A DNA stretch of 64,000 bases. Source: Calcarisporiella thermophila CBS 279.70. Its lineage: Eukaryota > Fungi > Calcarisporiellomycota. How positions within the stretch are numbered: position 1 is the stretch's first letter; every line of letters starts with the position of its first letter. A program made the position numbers and the translations under genes. Under the pieces are notes generated by a model. The model was given only the letters and a program-made list of their open reading frames with translations. It did no database searches and was not told the DNA's origin. Shown in pieces: positions 1-13,405 of the stretch. Where the stretch lies: assembly GCF_041956535.1 (NCBI RefSeq), contig NW_027192210.1:504021-568020 (forward strand). The letters run 5' to 3'.

Positions 1-172
1 TCTGGATTTTGATATCGGATTCAAGCGCCTCGTTTTTGGAGGGAACATGCTCCAGAACAGGGTCCCTTGGTCCGCCGTCATTAGTACCAGAGAGCACGGT
101 GGAGGTTGGGCTTAAGGCCTCCCTGTGCTGCCGCTGTGGGCTCTGGTCAGCGTGGTGAGAATCTTTCGTCAT
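1..172 (-). CDS. 5' end of a gene running off the left edge (MTKDSHHADQSPQRQHREALSPTSTVLSG...), product unknown
   Basis: ATG at 172-170 after a pyrimidine-rich leader, open to the window edge; no diagnostic motif visible. Confidence 0.5.
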   Translation of the reverse strand, partial: MTKDSHHADQSPQRQHREALSPTSTVLSGTNDGGPRDPVLEHVPSKNEALESDIKIQ

Positions 173-708
173 CACAGCTTACGCCAGGCGAGGGGAAAAA
201 GGGTTCTTGAGTAGGCTGCAGTGAGGAAGGGGAAGAGGACGCGCAGGATTGTAGCAGTGCTATTTATTCTCTGCCTATTAGAGTTAAAGATTTTCTATGC
301 AGAGATCGGATTTAAGTGGTTTTTGGGTTCCTCTGGGGTACAAAATAATTTGCTAAGTCAACCCCGCGCAATTGCTCCATCCCTCCCTTGCCTCTCCCGG
401 CCGAGGCTCTCGCCAGCCCTGCTGTTTCTCCAACACGCTGCGGATCCCCTCCTGGCCGGCCTGCGCGGTGCCCTCAGCGCCCCCTCCCCTCCCTATCGGC
501 CTGGGCTAGGGTTCGGCCGATGGCTAGATCGCGTCATCCTAGGCAGTCGTCGCGGTTCTGGCTCTTGGAACGCTACCGCAGGGACTCGTTAGATAAGGTC
601 TGACTAATTGGGATTAGCAGGAGAGGAGGCCGATAACATGCGAACCTAACCTTCTCCTTTCCCCTTTATTGCCCAACCCTGATTTTTTTTTCTCACATCA
701 CCAGCATC

Positions 709-984
709 ATGTTTGACAAATATCGGCAGTCCCGAATGCCCCTAATGGGAGCGTCTCTTTACCTCCCCGACTCCCGCTCCTCTCGCCTTGACTCTGTTTC
801 CTCCCTACACGCCGCTTACTCCAGGCTCTCCTCCCGCCACACGGCTAGGCTCCAGGCTGGGATGCGAGCACTGCCGCGGTCCCTGAGAACAAAAATGCTA
901 GATCTCGGGCGCAGCATGAAGGAGAGCGAGGGCGTCGAAAGGAATGAGGGAGACGGCGGGCCACTCCAGCATTTCATAGGCTGA
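709..984 (+). CDS. Hypothetical small Ser/Arg-rich protein (91 aa; model may be incomplete)
   Basis: ATG in catcATG context after a pyrimidine tract ending in CAG (possible 5'UTR intron); no family recognised. Confidence 0.3.
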   Translation: MFDKYRQSRMPLMGASLYLPDSRSSRLDSVSSLHAAYSRLSSRHTARLQAGMRALPRSLRTKMLDLGRSMKESEGVERNEGDGGPLQHFIG

Positions 985-1432
985 GCTTGTGCCAAAAATG
1001 ATTTCATGTGTGCATGCGGGATTCCTTTTTCTGCTGAGATTCTCAACTCCAATTTTCGTTGCCACCCCGAGCCCCTATTGGAGGAGGGCCGCTGATTCAA
1101 CCTCCCCTTCAACCAGAACAAGAGGATATGAAATTGGCCACGGGTTCACAAAGAGGAGGGCTGGGAGGGGCGACGTCACTCGTCTGCTTGCTTCGGTCGG
1201 GGAGGCTTCCAGCAGCCCGCCCAGGATAGCCTGCATTGCGCTTGGAGGAGTGTCCAAAGGGGGTTTATTAGTTGGTAGATAAGGTATTTTCTGAAATAAA
1301 AGTGCAGAAAGATTGAGGCACAGTTTTGGGTGGAGAGGAGGGTCCCCCCCCCCCACCACCGGCTGAGTCGAACAAGCAGATAATAGAACAGGCCGATAAT
1401 ATTACAAGACACAAATAAAATGAAATGCAACT

Positions 1433-2588
1433 CTATAGATCCTCCTCGCCCAGCAGGGACAAAAAGTAGCTTCGCTGCGAGAAGAACATGGAACATACAC
1501 AGAACCACCAAATGCTTCTGGGCATTGCGCCCACGAAGAAGGCGCGGTACATCGCGGCCGCCCGCGCGAATCCACCCCTCGAACCCTGCTGCTGCACCAC
1601 ATTGCCGGCAATTTGGCGGGCCATGGCCCACATGCCGGAGGGATTGCGCTGGGAGTTGGCCATGATTTGCGCGCGCATCACATCCATGGGGGTGGTGAGA
1701 TAGCCGGCAAGAAAGCCGGATACGCCGCCGAAGAGGGCCGATTTCAGGGCGGGCACCTTGGCGGGGAATTCGAGCTGAGAGCTGGCTACTGTGCCGGGCA
1801 CGGGACGGAGGTCGTGGATCGGGAGGGAGGAGTGGGTGCGCTGGAGTTGGCGGTGGGAGTTGGAATGCATGAATTCGTAGCACACAAAGAGAATGACCAT
1901 GAAGGGGCAGTCGCGGGCGGTAATGGTGGTGAAGCCGCGGAAGAGACCCGCCACCCCCTCCTGCTTGATGACGGTCCGCGCCATGCTCCATGCGCTGTTG
2001 GCAGTGGCGTCTGCTGCCTTGGCGGTCTGCATGCGGACCGTGATAACCTCCCGCGGCACCTTGATGACCGATGATGCGATGTCACCGACGATGGCGGAGA
2101 GGGCGGTGGCGGCGGTGGGATTGAGGAAGGGCATGTACGAATTTTTGGAGGAGGGGTGGATGTATTTCCGTGTGAGCTCGTAGGTAGCAAGGCGTGTTCC
2201 TCCCTAGCGTGGAGTGGCGGGTTAGTATGCGTTGGCCAAGTGGCCCGATGCGGAAAATGCGCCTGCGCTTACCTGGAATGCAGCTCCAACGGTGCTGACC
2301 ACGAATCCTTTGGAGAGCGCACGCAGAGTTTCTCTTGTGAAGATCCGGCTATTTGCCACTCCCGCCTGCATGCGTGTCTTAAGCACATCCAAAGGATGCA
2401 TGACGGCAAACGAGATCGCGAGGGCTCCGCCTCCAGCGATGAAATGTCCTGCATCAGAAATGGCCCAAGAAATGGGAACAGGATTAGCAATTTCGGGAGC
2501 AGGATGCTGGCAGATGGAGATGCTTACGTGTTAGGAATGTGGGTAGAGGCGTGCTTGAGCTCTGGCTGGTGCGGCCACTTACTGTCAT
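1433..2588 (-). CDS. Mitochondrial carrier family (SLC25) protein, SAM-carrier (Sam5/Pet8)-like; spliced
   Basis: Three carrier-signature repeats HPLDVLKTR / VPREVITVR / TPMDVMRAQ and GVAGLFRG; GTAAG donors and YAG acceptors join the exons in frame; exact 5' exon structure uncertain. Confidence 0.85.
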
Positions 2589-3010
2589 GGTGGGGGGCGA
2601 TGTAGGGGATATTAGGGAGAGAGTCGGTGTGGAAAAAAGCAAATTTCGAAGAGGAGAATAAATAAACAGATTGTCTCTGCGCTCTGATTGGATATGACAC
2701 ATATCTTATCTGTAATGAAATAGGCGATTTCGTGACTGCATTGGGGGAGATGAAACCCCCATGCTTGCCACCAAAGTTGGCAAAGCTTCCCTGCCATTGG
2801 ACGGTCTGCCGGCGGTCACAGAGGGTTCACGGTGTCTTATGAAAGCTTAGGACGATTAGAGTTGGAAAATAACATCTAGTTTATTAAGGTTATAGAAAAA
2901 GAGTCCGTCCCGAGAATGAGAATGATTAAAGATAAGGGAAACGCGTGTCTCGAAAAAAAAAAAATTAAGATAAGCGCGAGAGAACACAAGCCACCGCTCA
3001 AGGGCGGCGG

Positions 3011-4985
3011 CTAGAAGAACCAGGGCCCATTGGCCACGACCGAGGGCGAGCTCAGCAAATGGTCGTGAATGACATTGAGCGCGCGGGTGGCAGAATGGTT
3101 GGCGATAACGCATGAAATGTTGATCTCGCTCGCGCCCTGTGAGATCATCTCGATGTTGATGTTGGCCGCGGCGAGGGTGGAGAACATTTTGCCCGCAATA
3201 CCGACCATATTCTTCATCTGTTTGCCGACCAGCGACAAGATGGCCATATCGGTGAGCACGTCGACCTAAGATTCAGCAGGCGGGCAGAGGGGTTAGGGAA
3301 GGGGGATTCAAAGGCAAGCTGCGAACCACAGCGAGGAAAGAAAAAAGACATACCGTTCCGAATTTGCGCAGGTCGGCAATGGCCTTGCGGAGGTCCTTCT
3401 CCAGACTGCTGGCGGCCACGGCCATGGACACGTGGACCTCGCTCGTGGAAATGAGGTCCACCACAATCCCATAGCGGTCGAGGGTGGTGAAGATGTTGGC
3501 GAAAAAGCCATGGCTCACGCTCTTGCGGTTGGAGTGGACGTTGATCACGATGACGTCGGTTTTAATGGTGACGGCGGTGGGATGGCGCCGGGTCAGGTCC
3601 AGCTGGTAGCCATTCTCCAGCAGCAATTTGGGCGGGGGAGGGGGGGTGGAGGTTCCATTTTGGGACCTGATGTCGGGGAAGATGACGGTGCCGCGGCCCT
3701 GGGGATTCTCGACGTTCTTGATGCGGATGGGGATGTGGGCGCGGATGACCTGATCCATGGTGAAGGGGTGGATGACCTCGGATCCATAGTACGTCAACTC
3801 GGCCGCTTCCTCGGGGGTGATGATGGCGAGGTGACGGGCGCTGGGGACCTTGCGCGGATCGGCGGTGAAGATTCCGTCGACCTCCTTCCACACCTGCAGC
3901 TCCTCTGCACCCAGGCCGACCGCAACAAGGGCGGAGCAGAGATCGGTGTAGCCGCGGCCGACATTGGCCAGCAAGCTGCCCGGCACGACGCCAAAAAACC
4001 CGGTGACCACAGGGATGCGATTCCCGCATTGCTTTACGATGGCGGCCATTCTTGTGGTGAGGTAGTTGTAGAAGGACTGATCCAGCTGACTGGGATCGAA
4101 CTCACGCTCGATAATGTTCTCGAAAGAGACGAATTCGCTGTCGATATTCTACCAAAATGGAATAGGGGAGAGGTGAGCGTTTGTAAGCGGGCATCGGACT
4201 CGAAAGTGACGCAAGAAATGCACTTGGGAGCATACCCTATCCCTCAGCACCGCAGCCACCAGGCGGCACGCTAACTTTTCACCAACTCCCATGATAATGT
4301 CTTTGGAGCGGGGAGACACCTCATCTATGATCTAGAAGTTGGATGAGGTTAAACAGAGATAGGCGGACGGAGGAGAGGAGGGAAGGGGAGGGGGAATTTA
4401 CCTGGGCCGCCTCAAGGAATGATTTTAGTTTGCAGCATTCTTTTTCAAGCTGCTTTTCTAGTTCGCTCAAGACCTGTTTATCGCGGATAAGAGAACGAGC
4501 TGCCTCCAAGTGATCGTTGAGGATGTCTTGAACAATTTCGGTATACTCCGTTGAGTTAGGCTTGAGGGCTTCCTCGGCCGCTCTTAGCAGTCTTGGGGGG
4601 GACGAAGATAAGAAGGTAAGACCCGGCTCGCATATCATGCTCATGCTGAAAAGGGTATACTCTACCTGCTTGTGGTTCCCTTGGCTTTTGTCTCGCCGCT
4701 CCATGCAGAACACACCACAACGATTCGGTTGGTTTTCAGATAAGATCTAGTTGTATAAGCAAGGCAGTGTGAGAAGAGAAGCATACGGCTTTGCGCACAC
4801 CCTCTGTGGTTGGGCCGGGCCAAGGATCTAGGCGGGCAGGCCCGAATCCTCGACATCCCCGACACTTACTTGACGACCTGCTCGGCTATGACATCGAGGA
4901 ATTTTCCTACGCTAGTTCCTCCGAACTTCTGGACGATCCACGGCAAATGTTCTTGGCTGGTCTGGAGGGGTTCCTGGGGGGTCAT
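3011..4985 (-). CDS. HOM3: Aspartokinase with C-terminal ACT domains; multi-exon
   Basis: WIVQKFGGTSVGK, VVCSA, GRGYTDL, WKEVDGIFTADPRKVP, EAAELTYYGSEVIHP, NIEMISQGASEINISCVI; start MTPQEPL at 4985. Confidence 0.96.
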
Positions 4986-5917
4986 TGGGGGGGGGGGGGA
5001 TGGCGGGTAGATGCAGGCGGCGATGGCTGGTTGAGGCTAGGGAGGAGGAGGGGAAATAGAGCGGGGGTTGTTTGTTTTTGAAGCTTCTCGAATTTTGAAT
5101 GATTATTTGTGAATTTTTGTGACAAGACCCTACAAATTGTGCCCGCCGTTCCTATCTCGAACCTAATCTCTTCCGCAGCAGTGGTGTGTAGGTGTTTTGT
5201 TGGGCTGCTGATAATCGCGGGGCGTGACTTGCATTTGCGTTTGCCCCGCAGCCTCCGGACCCCCACGAGGCGATCTCTTAGGCCTGCATTGCTGGGCCGG
5301 AGAGGTCATGCTCGGGCGGGTGATTGCACATGAAAATGGAGGCTGCAAAATTAAGCTCGCCTGCAGAGGGGCGGGTCGCTGCCCCTCGGCCCAGCTGCGG
5401 GCGGCGTCGGAAGAGAAGATCCCGCGTGCACAAGGGCATGCCGGGCCGCTCCAAAGATGCCGTGCGCACAGCTGCTGAGCGGATTGGAAAGTCACTGAAT
5501 GCCTCAGCTTACGGCCCGTGGGCAGGGGAGTTGGAAAGCGGGGGCTAAGCCTCCCCGCGAGCCCAGCAATGTGACCCCGAGAGGTTTTTTGGATTAGTCA
5601 GGAGCCCAACTGTGTTTTCCTCGCCGGCCTTTTCCCCCTCGGCCTGACCGCGGGTGCAAGGTGATTTGGAGAGGGCAAGTCACTCGCCTGAGCACATGCT
5701 CCGTTTGGCTTATCGAAAAATAAGAAATCACGAGAAACGGTTCAATAGGATGCGCCCGTGCTACCGACAAGTTTTGACATAATGAGTAATTATTTTTGCC
5801 CTGTTTTCGATTTTCTTTTTATAACCCCCCCCCCCCCCATCCCGCCCTCCGCCATTTCCCCTCTGCTCCCGCGCCCATCCGCTTTTCGCGCCCCTGCTTG
5901 CTCGCTGCATTTGCCAA

Positions 5918-6581
5918 ATGCTCACAACCGAATGCCTCGCCCCGTCCTCCTGTTTCTACCAGCACACGCTGCCCGATAGTCTGCTAGGTAAGCTGTCCCC
6001 CGCCATCATCCCGCTCGCCGCCACGGGCTGCTAACCATTTCCCCCTGCGTTTGGCCGTAGCTTTCACAACCGTATCGGTCGATGCCCTCCTGAATCCCTT
6101 CCCCGAGACCACCCCCATTTCTAAGACCCTGCGGCGCCATCGCCTGAATGAGTCGCAGCTCCCTCCCCTTCTCGCCTTCATACGGCAATTGACCTCCGCC
6201 CTAAGCGTGAGTGCCCTCACGCTGGTTGTGGGCCTCCTCTACATGCGCCGCCTTGCCAAGGCACTCCAGCCGGCCCACTATGCAACCTCCCCGGGCACCG
6301 CACACAGAGTCTTCATCGCCTCGATCATGATTGCAAGCAAGTATCTCGACGACGAGCAGCCCTTGACCAGCGCTCGGCTGGCCCGCACTCTGCACGCCAT
6401 CGGGATCGCTGCTTGGAATTCCCGGGAGATCAGCCGCATGGAGAGAGCGCTGCTGACCTTCCTGAAATTCAACATCGAGGTGGACATGGATGCGGTGCGC
6501 CAGCTTGTCCGCGATAATGGGCTGGGGAATCTGGAGGGAGAGCTCCTCAAGGACCTCCGGGTGCCCTCGTTGGATGATTGA
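5918..6581 (+). CDS. Pho85-type (PCL1/2-like) cyclin; 1 intron (5988-6060)
   Basis: Cyclin box LVVGLLYMRRL...TAHRVFIASIMIASKYLDD...EISRMERALLTFLKFNI. Confidence 0.85.
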
Positions 6582-6818
6582 TACCTTGTATATATGCAAT
6601 CTGAGCTGTATCTTCGTCTTGTACCATATGTTTTTCTCTTTATTCCCGTTTTCCTTAATACCGCGGGATGCTCCCGCATCCCCTCTCCCCGCTCACCCTC
6701 TTCATCCCTCTGCTCTATAGTCCCCTTCTTTATTTCTTCTAAATATAAATAGCTTGTTCGTTTGATTATTATTATTAGATGATATATATGCGGATGGCTC
6801 GGTAAACGTGGTTGCGGC

Positions 6819-7928
6819 TCAGAATCTCTCCTCTCCCTCATGAATATCACGTAAGCTTAGCAGCTCCACTTGCCCCTTCCCTTTAGCCTCCTGTTGGACC
6901 AGCTCGTTGATCACCCGGAAATGGCCGGGATCAATCAGGCAAATCTGGGAGGAAAAACTAGGTTAGCCAACCCTAACTTACACAAATAAATCACAAGAGC
7001 GGCCTTGTACCATTTCATATTCCGACCCAGCCGTGTCCTCCTCTTCGATTTTGGAGGTCAACGACGCCAGCTTCTCCTTGATCCGTTTGGCTTCCTTGGC
7101 GGGCAGTGCGACGCGAAGTCTCATCTGTGCTCGCTGGATGGGAATGATCTTGCTCTCCTGCAGCTTCTTAATCACCTCGAGGGACTACAAATCGCAGACA
7201 CAGTCACTTGGCTCTCCCATTCCAATCCCCTCCCCGCCCGAAAATAGCTTGGATGGCTTACCTGTGATTTCGAGCTCTTGTTCGGATTGACCGAAAAGTG
7301 TAGTTCTGCAATTGCCTTCTCAATCATCGTCACGGTATATGGCCGACGAGTCTCAGGGTTGACGCAGTTCTCCGCCACCATGGTGGCAATATCTCGGAGC
7401 ATGTTGGACAGCTGGTGCGATCGCTCCTTCTCGCTCACCTGCAGCTCGCCCTTCTTCAGAATCTATGCCAAAAGAACAGGCTAACATTAGGGCTCCGGCT
7501 CGGAAAAAGTCGGTTGAGTAGAGAGAGTTGCCTCCTGTATGATTTTGTCCTCATCCTCCGTCTTGAAGCACTTGTGTAGATCCTCCTTTGAGGCTACTGA
7601 TCCCTTCGACACATTCGAGAAGACATTGTGAATCTGAAGCACCTCATCCAAGTCTGTCTCACTGTTGTACAGACAGAAAAAGTTGCATTAGCATGTATCC
7701 CGCATGCAAAGCCCATTCTCCAGGGCACTGCAGAACTTACACTCCCGACCGCCATTCCATCACCTTGTTCTTGTAGCATGCGATCTCAAATCGTTTCCCT
7801 CCCTTCTTCAGTCGGACAATGGATACGTTGGTGAGTCTATTTAGTTCATGCAGTCAGCGAATAATAAAAATCGAATTCCGAAGCAAATGTCTTTACTTGA
7901 TCTGATTACTTGGTTGATTAATCGGCAT
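6819..7928 (-). CDS. SDO1: Ribosome maturation factor SDO1/SBDS; multi-exon
   Basis: [64 protein letters not shown]. Confidence 0.96.
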
Positions 7929-8111
7929 CTTCGGTTAGATCGGCCTGTATTTTCGTTGCCAAACCCAAAGCCCGCTATAAATTCGGTGTGATTCGCATTC
8001 GAATTCGATTTGGTGGCTTTTACTTCTAAGTTTGGCGCGCTAAACCTTCCAATACCTTTCCCCCTTCCCCCTCACACCTCCTTACTTCAGAATCACAGTA
8101 AAATTATCTCT

Positions 8112-9550
8112 ATGGATGTTCACAGCAGCCCAGCCCATGGAAGTAATACGCCCCGCTCCGTGGCGGAAAACGCTTCCGGCACTCCATCGGTGAACTCCTT
8201 CGAGCCGTCAAACGAGAGCGCGCCACCCAACGACTCTACTGAATCGCGAGATGAGCATCGCAGAAGTAGAGCGCCGGCAGAGGGCGGAACTTTTGTGGTG
8301 GGAGTGAGCGAGGATAGAAATAAACGCTGTCGGCGTGCAATGGAGGTGCGTTTTCTTTTGACAAAGCCATTTCTTTCACCATGATGGAAGGGATTGGATT
8401 TGATAAGTGATCCTATCTGGCCAACTCAATAATTTCGCCGGTCCTCTAAAATTAGGATTCACATTCGTACTTCTATGACTTCAATAACGTTAAGGGGCAA
8501 GGATTCTTTGCGATTTTCGACGGACATGCGGGTAGATCGGCTGCAGAGTGGTGTGGCAATCATTTCCATGAGGTGATCCTTGATTTTGATTCAGCTTTAT
8601 TACTTTGCGCACTTACTCTCTATCACCCTGATTCCATGCACACAGACTTTTCTCGATGTGTTAGAAAATAACAAGGATAAAAGCACACAGGAGGTTTTTA
8701 ATTTAGCCTTTCTTCAAGCCGATGCACAGCTCAATCAGACAGAGGGCAAGCATTCGGGCTGCACCGCGGTGACGGCATTTCTGCGGATCGAAGAGGCCAA
8801 GGACAACGAGGGCAACCCCGTTAAAAAGGTTGGTGTGCCTTCTTTTTCTTTTCGATTCCTTAGCCTCGTGCCTAAACCTGCGATTTAGAAAATTTTGTGC
8901 ACAGCCAATGTTGGTGACGCTCGAGCCGTGTTATGGTTGGTATCTCTTTCATGCTTCCAGACAAGAGGACCGTTTTTCATCCTGGCTGTATTTTTATTTG
9001 TTTTAAAAGTCGGAACGGAAAAGCAATTCGTTTAAGCTATGATCACAAAGGAAGCGACGAGCAGGAGGCAAAGCGCATCACCGATTTAGGCGGGTTTATG
9101 ATGAATAACCGTGTGAGCGGTAAATAGGATGCTTCTTTTGTGAGACTGCTGTTTATCTCGGTATTCATGGTTACATTGCTTTGCATCCTCCACGCGTTCC
9201 AGGCATTCTTGCGGTAACGCGCTCGCTGGGCGACTGCTCGATGAAGGAGTTTATCGTGGGAAGTCCATACACATCAGAAACCGAGCTGACAAAGCGAGAT
9301 CCTTTCCTGATCCTCGCATGTGATGGGGTAGGCGAAAGTGTTTTTGACCGAGTTCTAGGTTTGGATGGTGTTGACCCTTTTCACCAACATTTAGCTTTGG
9401 GACGTCTGTGATGACCAAGAGGCCGTCGACCTAATCAAGGATATTCAGGATCCCCAGGAGGCAAGCGAGAAATTATTAAAACATGCCTTAACGAATTTCA
9501 GTACTGACAACTTGAGTGTCATGGTGGTGCGATTTTCGAACGATGACTGA
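8112..9550 (+). CDS. PTC1: Protein phosphatase 2C, Ptc1 type; multi-exon
   Basis: [72 protein letters not shown]. Confidence 0.93.
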
Positions 9551-9863
9551 TTGTATTTTTCCCTTCATAATTTTTTTTAACAATTCTGTGTGTTTCTCTT
9601 CGATCTCCCTTTCTCCTTATTTGTTTGGCTTTATTTGTTTAATCTTCTGAAGTGTTTCCCTTTTTTTTTGTTACTTCGCTTTGACAATACTTTTGTGTTT
9701 AACCTTCTTGGAAATAAATGGTGGCAAGCATGAGTATTTCAAAAACGATTGATTCACAAAGCATCCATGGATCGAACAAACCCACTCACTGGGCCAACAA
9801 AATGACTCATACCAAGGATCAGATTATCTAACGAGGGTTGGTATGGAGAAGGAAGCACACAAA

Positions 9864-12477
9864 TTAGAAGGCGTAATACTGCTCAACGTGGGCCAGCCCA
9901 GCCAACTCCTTCAGCATTGTCTTCAGCTCGGGAGAGAAGAGTACGGTATCAGGGAGGGGGGGCGAAGAAGACGGGTAATGCTAGGAGGGAGAGGGTGGAA
10001 GTGAGATGATCTAAAAGTTTCTGCCTGCCAGGGGGTCTCCCTTTTGCTCTCCTTACCTGTTCCTGCTTAAAGCTTGTATGGGCTCTCAATATGACGTGAC
10101 AGAGGACAAATCGGGCCACAAACAGACGGAGGAAATCGTCCTGTAGGAATCGCTTCACCGATTTATCTACAAACAAAGAACAAAACTCCAGTCAATGTCC
10201 AGTGGCGACTAGAGACCCTGCCGAGTGGTTGATTACCTAGCGATGAGCTGTTCAAGAGTTCCAGGGCCTTATCCTCCATCTGCTCAACCACCTTTATACA
10301 TTGTCCCCACACTTCCTGTGTCATTTCAGCAATGTCGGATACGAAACTAAAGCCAAGGATTGGGGCATGCAGAAAGAGCGTAAAAAGGCTTCCGATCTGA
10401 GAAACGTCTATAGATATCCGGGGCAAAACAGTCAATTACATGGAGCGCTTAGAGGAACGAGCTGCTCAGTATAACGGGACGATACCTTGGATGGCTGAAG
10501 GATATTCGGTGGGCGCCAAGAGGGCAAATAGGGGCTGGTTGAACATCCTAGGCATGCTCTAGTAAAAGGAGAACAAGGATGAGTTATTACTCCAATTCAC
10601 TAAATCAACGTCAGTAGATACTTTGAACGCAACGCTCTTGGGGCTATCTATGATCAAGAGTAACGGTTTTCTGGTAAAGGGTACCAGGTCCCCTGGGTAA
10701 AGGCCATGAATATGATTCGAAACAGTCGCATCCGACTTGTCGGTTTGGCGACGCTGGTGGGTCGCTACACCACTAGTATATCCTGTGGTGTAGAAAAGCA
10801 TTTGGTTTACCATTGGAATCCTCCCAGCCACAACACGTTTGCCTTACCAGCCAAAGGAGCGACGCCATTATCTGCATTCTCGTTGTTCTGCATGTCAATC
10901 CCGTCGGCCGAAATGTAAACCAACAGTGCCGAGTTATCATTAATTTCCTGTAGTTTGGGTTAGGTTAGTGCTCCCGGAATACTGCGAAGAGTAGTGAATA
11001 CCTTGAATGCCGTAGCTATGTACACCATGAGCTGGCTAAAAGTGGGGCGGTAAAGCAAGTATTTGTGAGGGTTTTGTCTGCGGACATTGGGCTTTTCCTT
11101 TGGTTTGCTCTCCTCCTCCTCCTCCTCCTCCTGTCCCTGGGGCTTTTCCGAGCTCTCGTTGCCTCGCTGGTATTGGTGCCGCAGCGGAATGGTGGGTTCA
11201 CGCTCTAGGCTTTGTAGAATGTAGTACATATCGAGGGTCAGCTCGGAGAACTTGATTTGGTTCTGGTGGTTTCCCACGAGAATGGCTTCCTGCAAGTGTA
11301 ATCTTGTGGCGTCATCCATCTCGACACTTGCGCATCGATCCTGGGGTAGCCTGCGGGGGAAAGAGAGCTGATCTCCTTCGGGAGTGGTGGGAATAAGCTT
11401 CTTCTTGGCCTTTTCACGAAGCGGAGACAGGGTTCAATCACATTATCCTTGAATGACTAGTAGCTATACTCTACCTCTACAAACATGTTAATCTCTTGAA
11501 GCACCATCTGCCACTCCACCGCGTCAGTGGGCTTGAACGTTTTACTGTAGCTATCAATAATGGTGGAAAGTTCATCCACCAGTGTTCGTACCAGAGATCT
11601 CTTGTCAAGCAACAGGCACACTACAATAAACCGAGCATAATAGCGCAGCTTTTTGATCATCAGGGCGGGGCTGCACATAGGTGAACACGATTAATAGTCA
11701 AGAAATAGAAGTGGTAGAAAAATGGTTACTGTGCTACTTTTTGGCCTCCAAAACATCCTTAAAATAGGCTCGGTCTCGGATTGCTTCATAGAAAATGAAG
11801 GATTCGTGTAAGTAATTCGTTTCGCTAGTTCGAAGACTGTAAAATAGAAGAGATTAGAAGAGAGATGGAGCAAAATAAGGTTGGTACACACTAGTAATGA
11901 TAATAGAGCTGGCCGATTTTAGAAGCAATTTCCCCCAATTCCCATCTCTTCAGCCCATAATTCTCCTTATTCTCAAGGATTACCCTACAAAACACGTCAA
12001 ATAAACTTAAAGACAAAACGTGTCGCGGAGATGGTCGCTGTGATATTACCTGTGCTGCTGCTGGAATTTCCACAGCTAAGTGATTCGCAGATGCAAATAC
12101 AAGGAGGTCAATGCCTATGGAATAGCTATGAACGGATATACAGAAAGATACCTTGGTATAAACCTCAAAGGTCCGCTGGAAATAGGGTTGCCACTGGCGA
12201 GTCCCGGTAGGCGGCAGATCTCTGCACGAGCAAAGTAAACGGTTTTTAATTTTCCAAGAGAGCAAGGGAAAGACAGCAAGTTATACCGAAGACCAGCGAA
12301 GAGCTGCTGGCTCTTCTCAAGAAGATACTGGAACTCCTCAATGATTTTCTGGTTCTTCAGGACTTCTGCTGCACGGTCAACCTCCGTCTGATCCACCGCA
12401 GGAGCAGTTTCTTCCGCTATCGACTCTACTTGTGAATGAGCAGTGGTCGCGCTGTTGGTGGGAGGAATTTGTTCCAT
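9864..12477 (-). CDS. SCAI: SCAI (suppressor of cancer cell invasion, DUF3550) family protein; multi-exon
   Basis: EFQYLLEKSQQLFAGLRDLP, WQPYFQRTFEVYTKLWKFQQQHR, GLKRWELGEIASKIGQLYYHY, KKLRYYARFIVVCLLL, NPHKYLLYRPT, LYPGDLVPFTRKPL. Confidence 0.92.
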
Positions 12478-12952
12478 TGTGTTCCGAGATATATGGATTA
12501 GCTAGCTGGTAATGGAATCAAGGGATATATAGAGAGAATATGAAAAAAAAAGATGCTGAGCCACTCTCCAATAAAATTCAGTCAAGTCTATTCGGCTTTC
12601 TCTCGTTAAATATGACTGAATCCAACTAGTTTATTGCAAACCGGGGCAAACAGAGCTCATTCACCAAGGGCGAAGGATGAGCTGGTAAACAACTCTAGGG
12701 ATTCTAACACATTTGGCGCCTTTGATATTTGAAGCACAACATATTACACCTGTACTTAGAGAGGGTTGCCTTTTACTGCTCGTTTCTTTAGCAGGAATAT
12801 GAGAGTTTGTGACTGTTGGAAATTTCCTTTTTGAGAATAGATAGAAGTATTGGCGTTTTGTTCGAGTTGATATAAATATAATTGAGGGTTTCCAACCTTT
12901 CTTCTCTCTCTTATATTATGCAATTTGTTTTTATATGATCTATTGTTCAAAT

Positions 12953-13405
12953 ATGCTACGTACTCTTCCTTCACAACTTCGCCATCCTATCCGGCAAGTG
13001 TTGAGCCCTATAGCGCTTCGCTATTCTACAGGGTCTCACATGAGCGATAATGATCCTCACGTACTCGAGAGAGAAAAGCAGAAGGTGCTGAAGGGTAAGT
13101 ACATGCCTATCCGATACACATCCCGGTTCAACGCCTCATATGATGCTGACCTAATCGTTATAGGAAAGCACTCTGGTTGGAACGAGCTGCTGGCATCGCA
13201 TAGCGAGGCAAATGTAAAGGCGGAGCGGGAACCAGATATGGACGTGAAAGATATGCAAAAGCACAGCATAGATAAGCTAAAACAACACGAGAATTCAAAC
13301 GCTGAATTTGAAATGCATACCATGTCGCGCGAGCAGCGGCTAGAGCAAGGGGATACGAGAAGAATTATTAGGGAAGAGACAGGCACTGTGAAGAGGTCAA
13401 TTTAG
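12953..13405 (+). CDS. Small uncharacterised fungal protein with mitochondrial-type presequence; 1 intron (13095-13163)
   Basis: Arg/Leu/Ser-rich, acid-free N-terminus; SDNDPHVLEREKQKVLKG...GWNELLASHSEANVKAER motif resembles a conserved small fungal family. Confidence 0.75.
   Translation: MLRTLPSQLRHPIRQVLSPIALRYSTGSHMSDNDPHVLEREKQKVLKGKYMPIRYTSRFNASYDADLIVIGKHSGWNELLASHSEANVKAEREPDMDVKDMQKHSIDKLKQHENSNAEFEMHTMSREQRLEQGDTRRIIREETGTVKRSI

Noticed and set aside
3432-4274. Long antisense/alternative-frame ORFs over the carrier, HOM3, TPP2, LRR and repeat genes (e.g. 3432-4274 +, 1176-1991 -, 46986-47510 +)
   Set aside because: Shadows of GC-rich or repetitive coding sequence on the other strand/frame; no independent motifs
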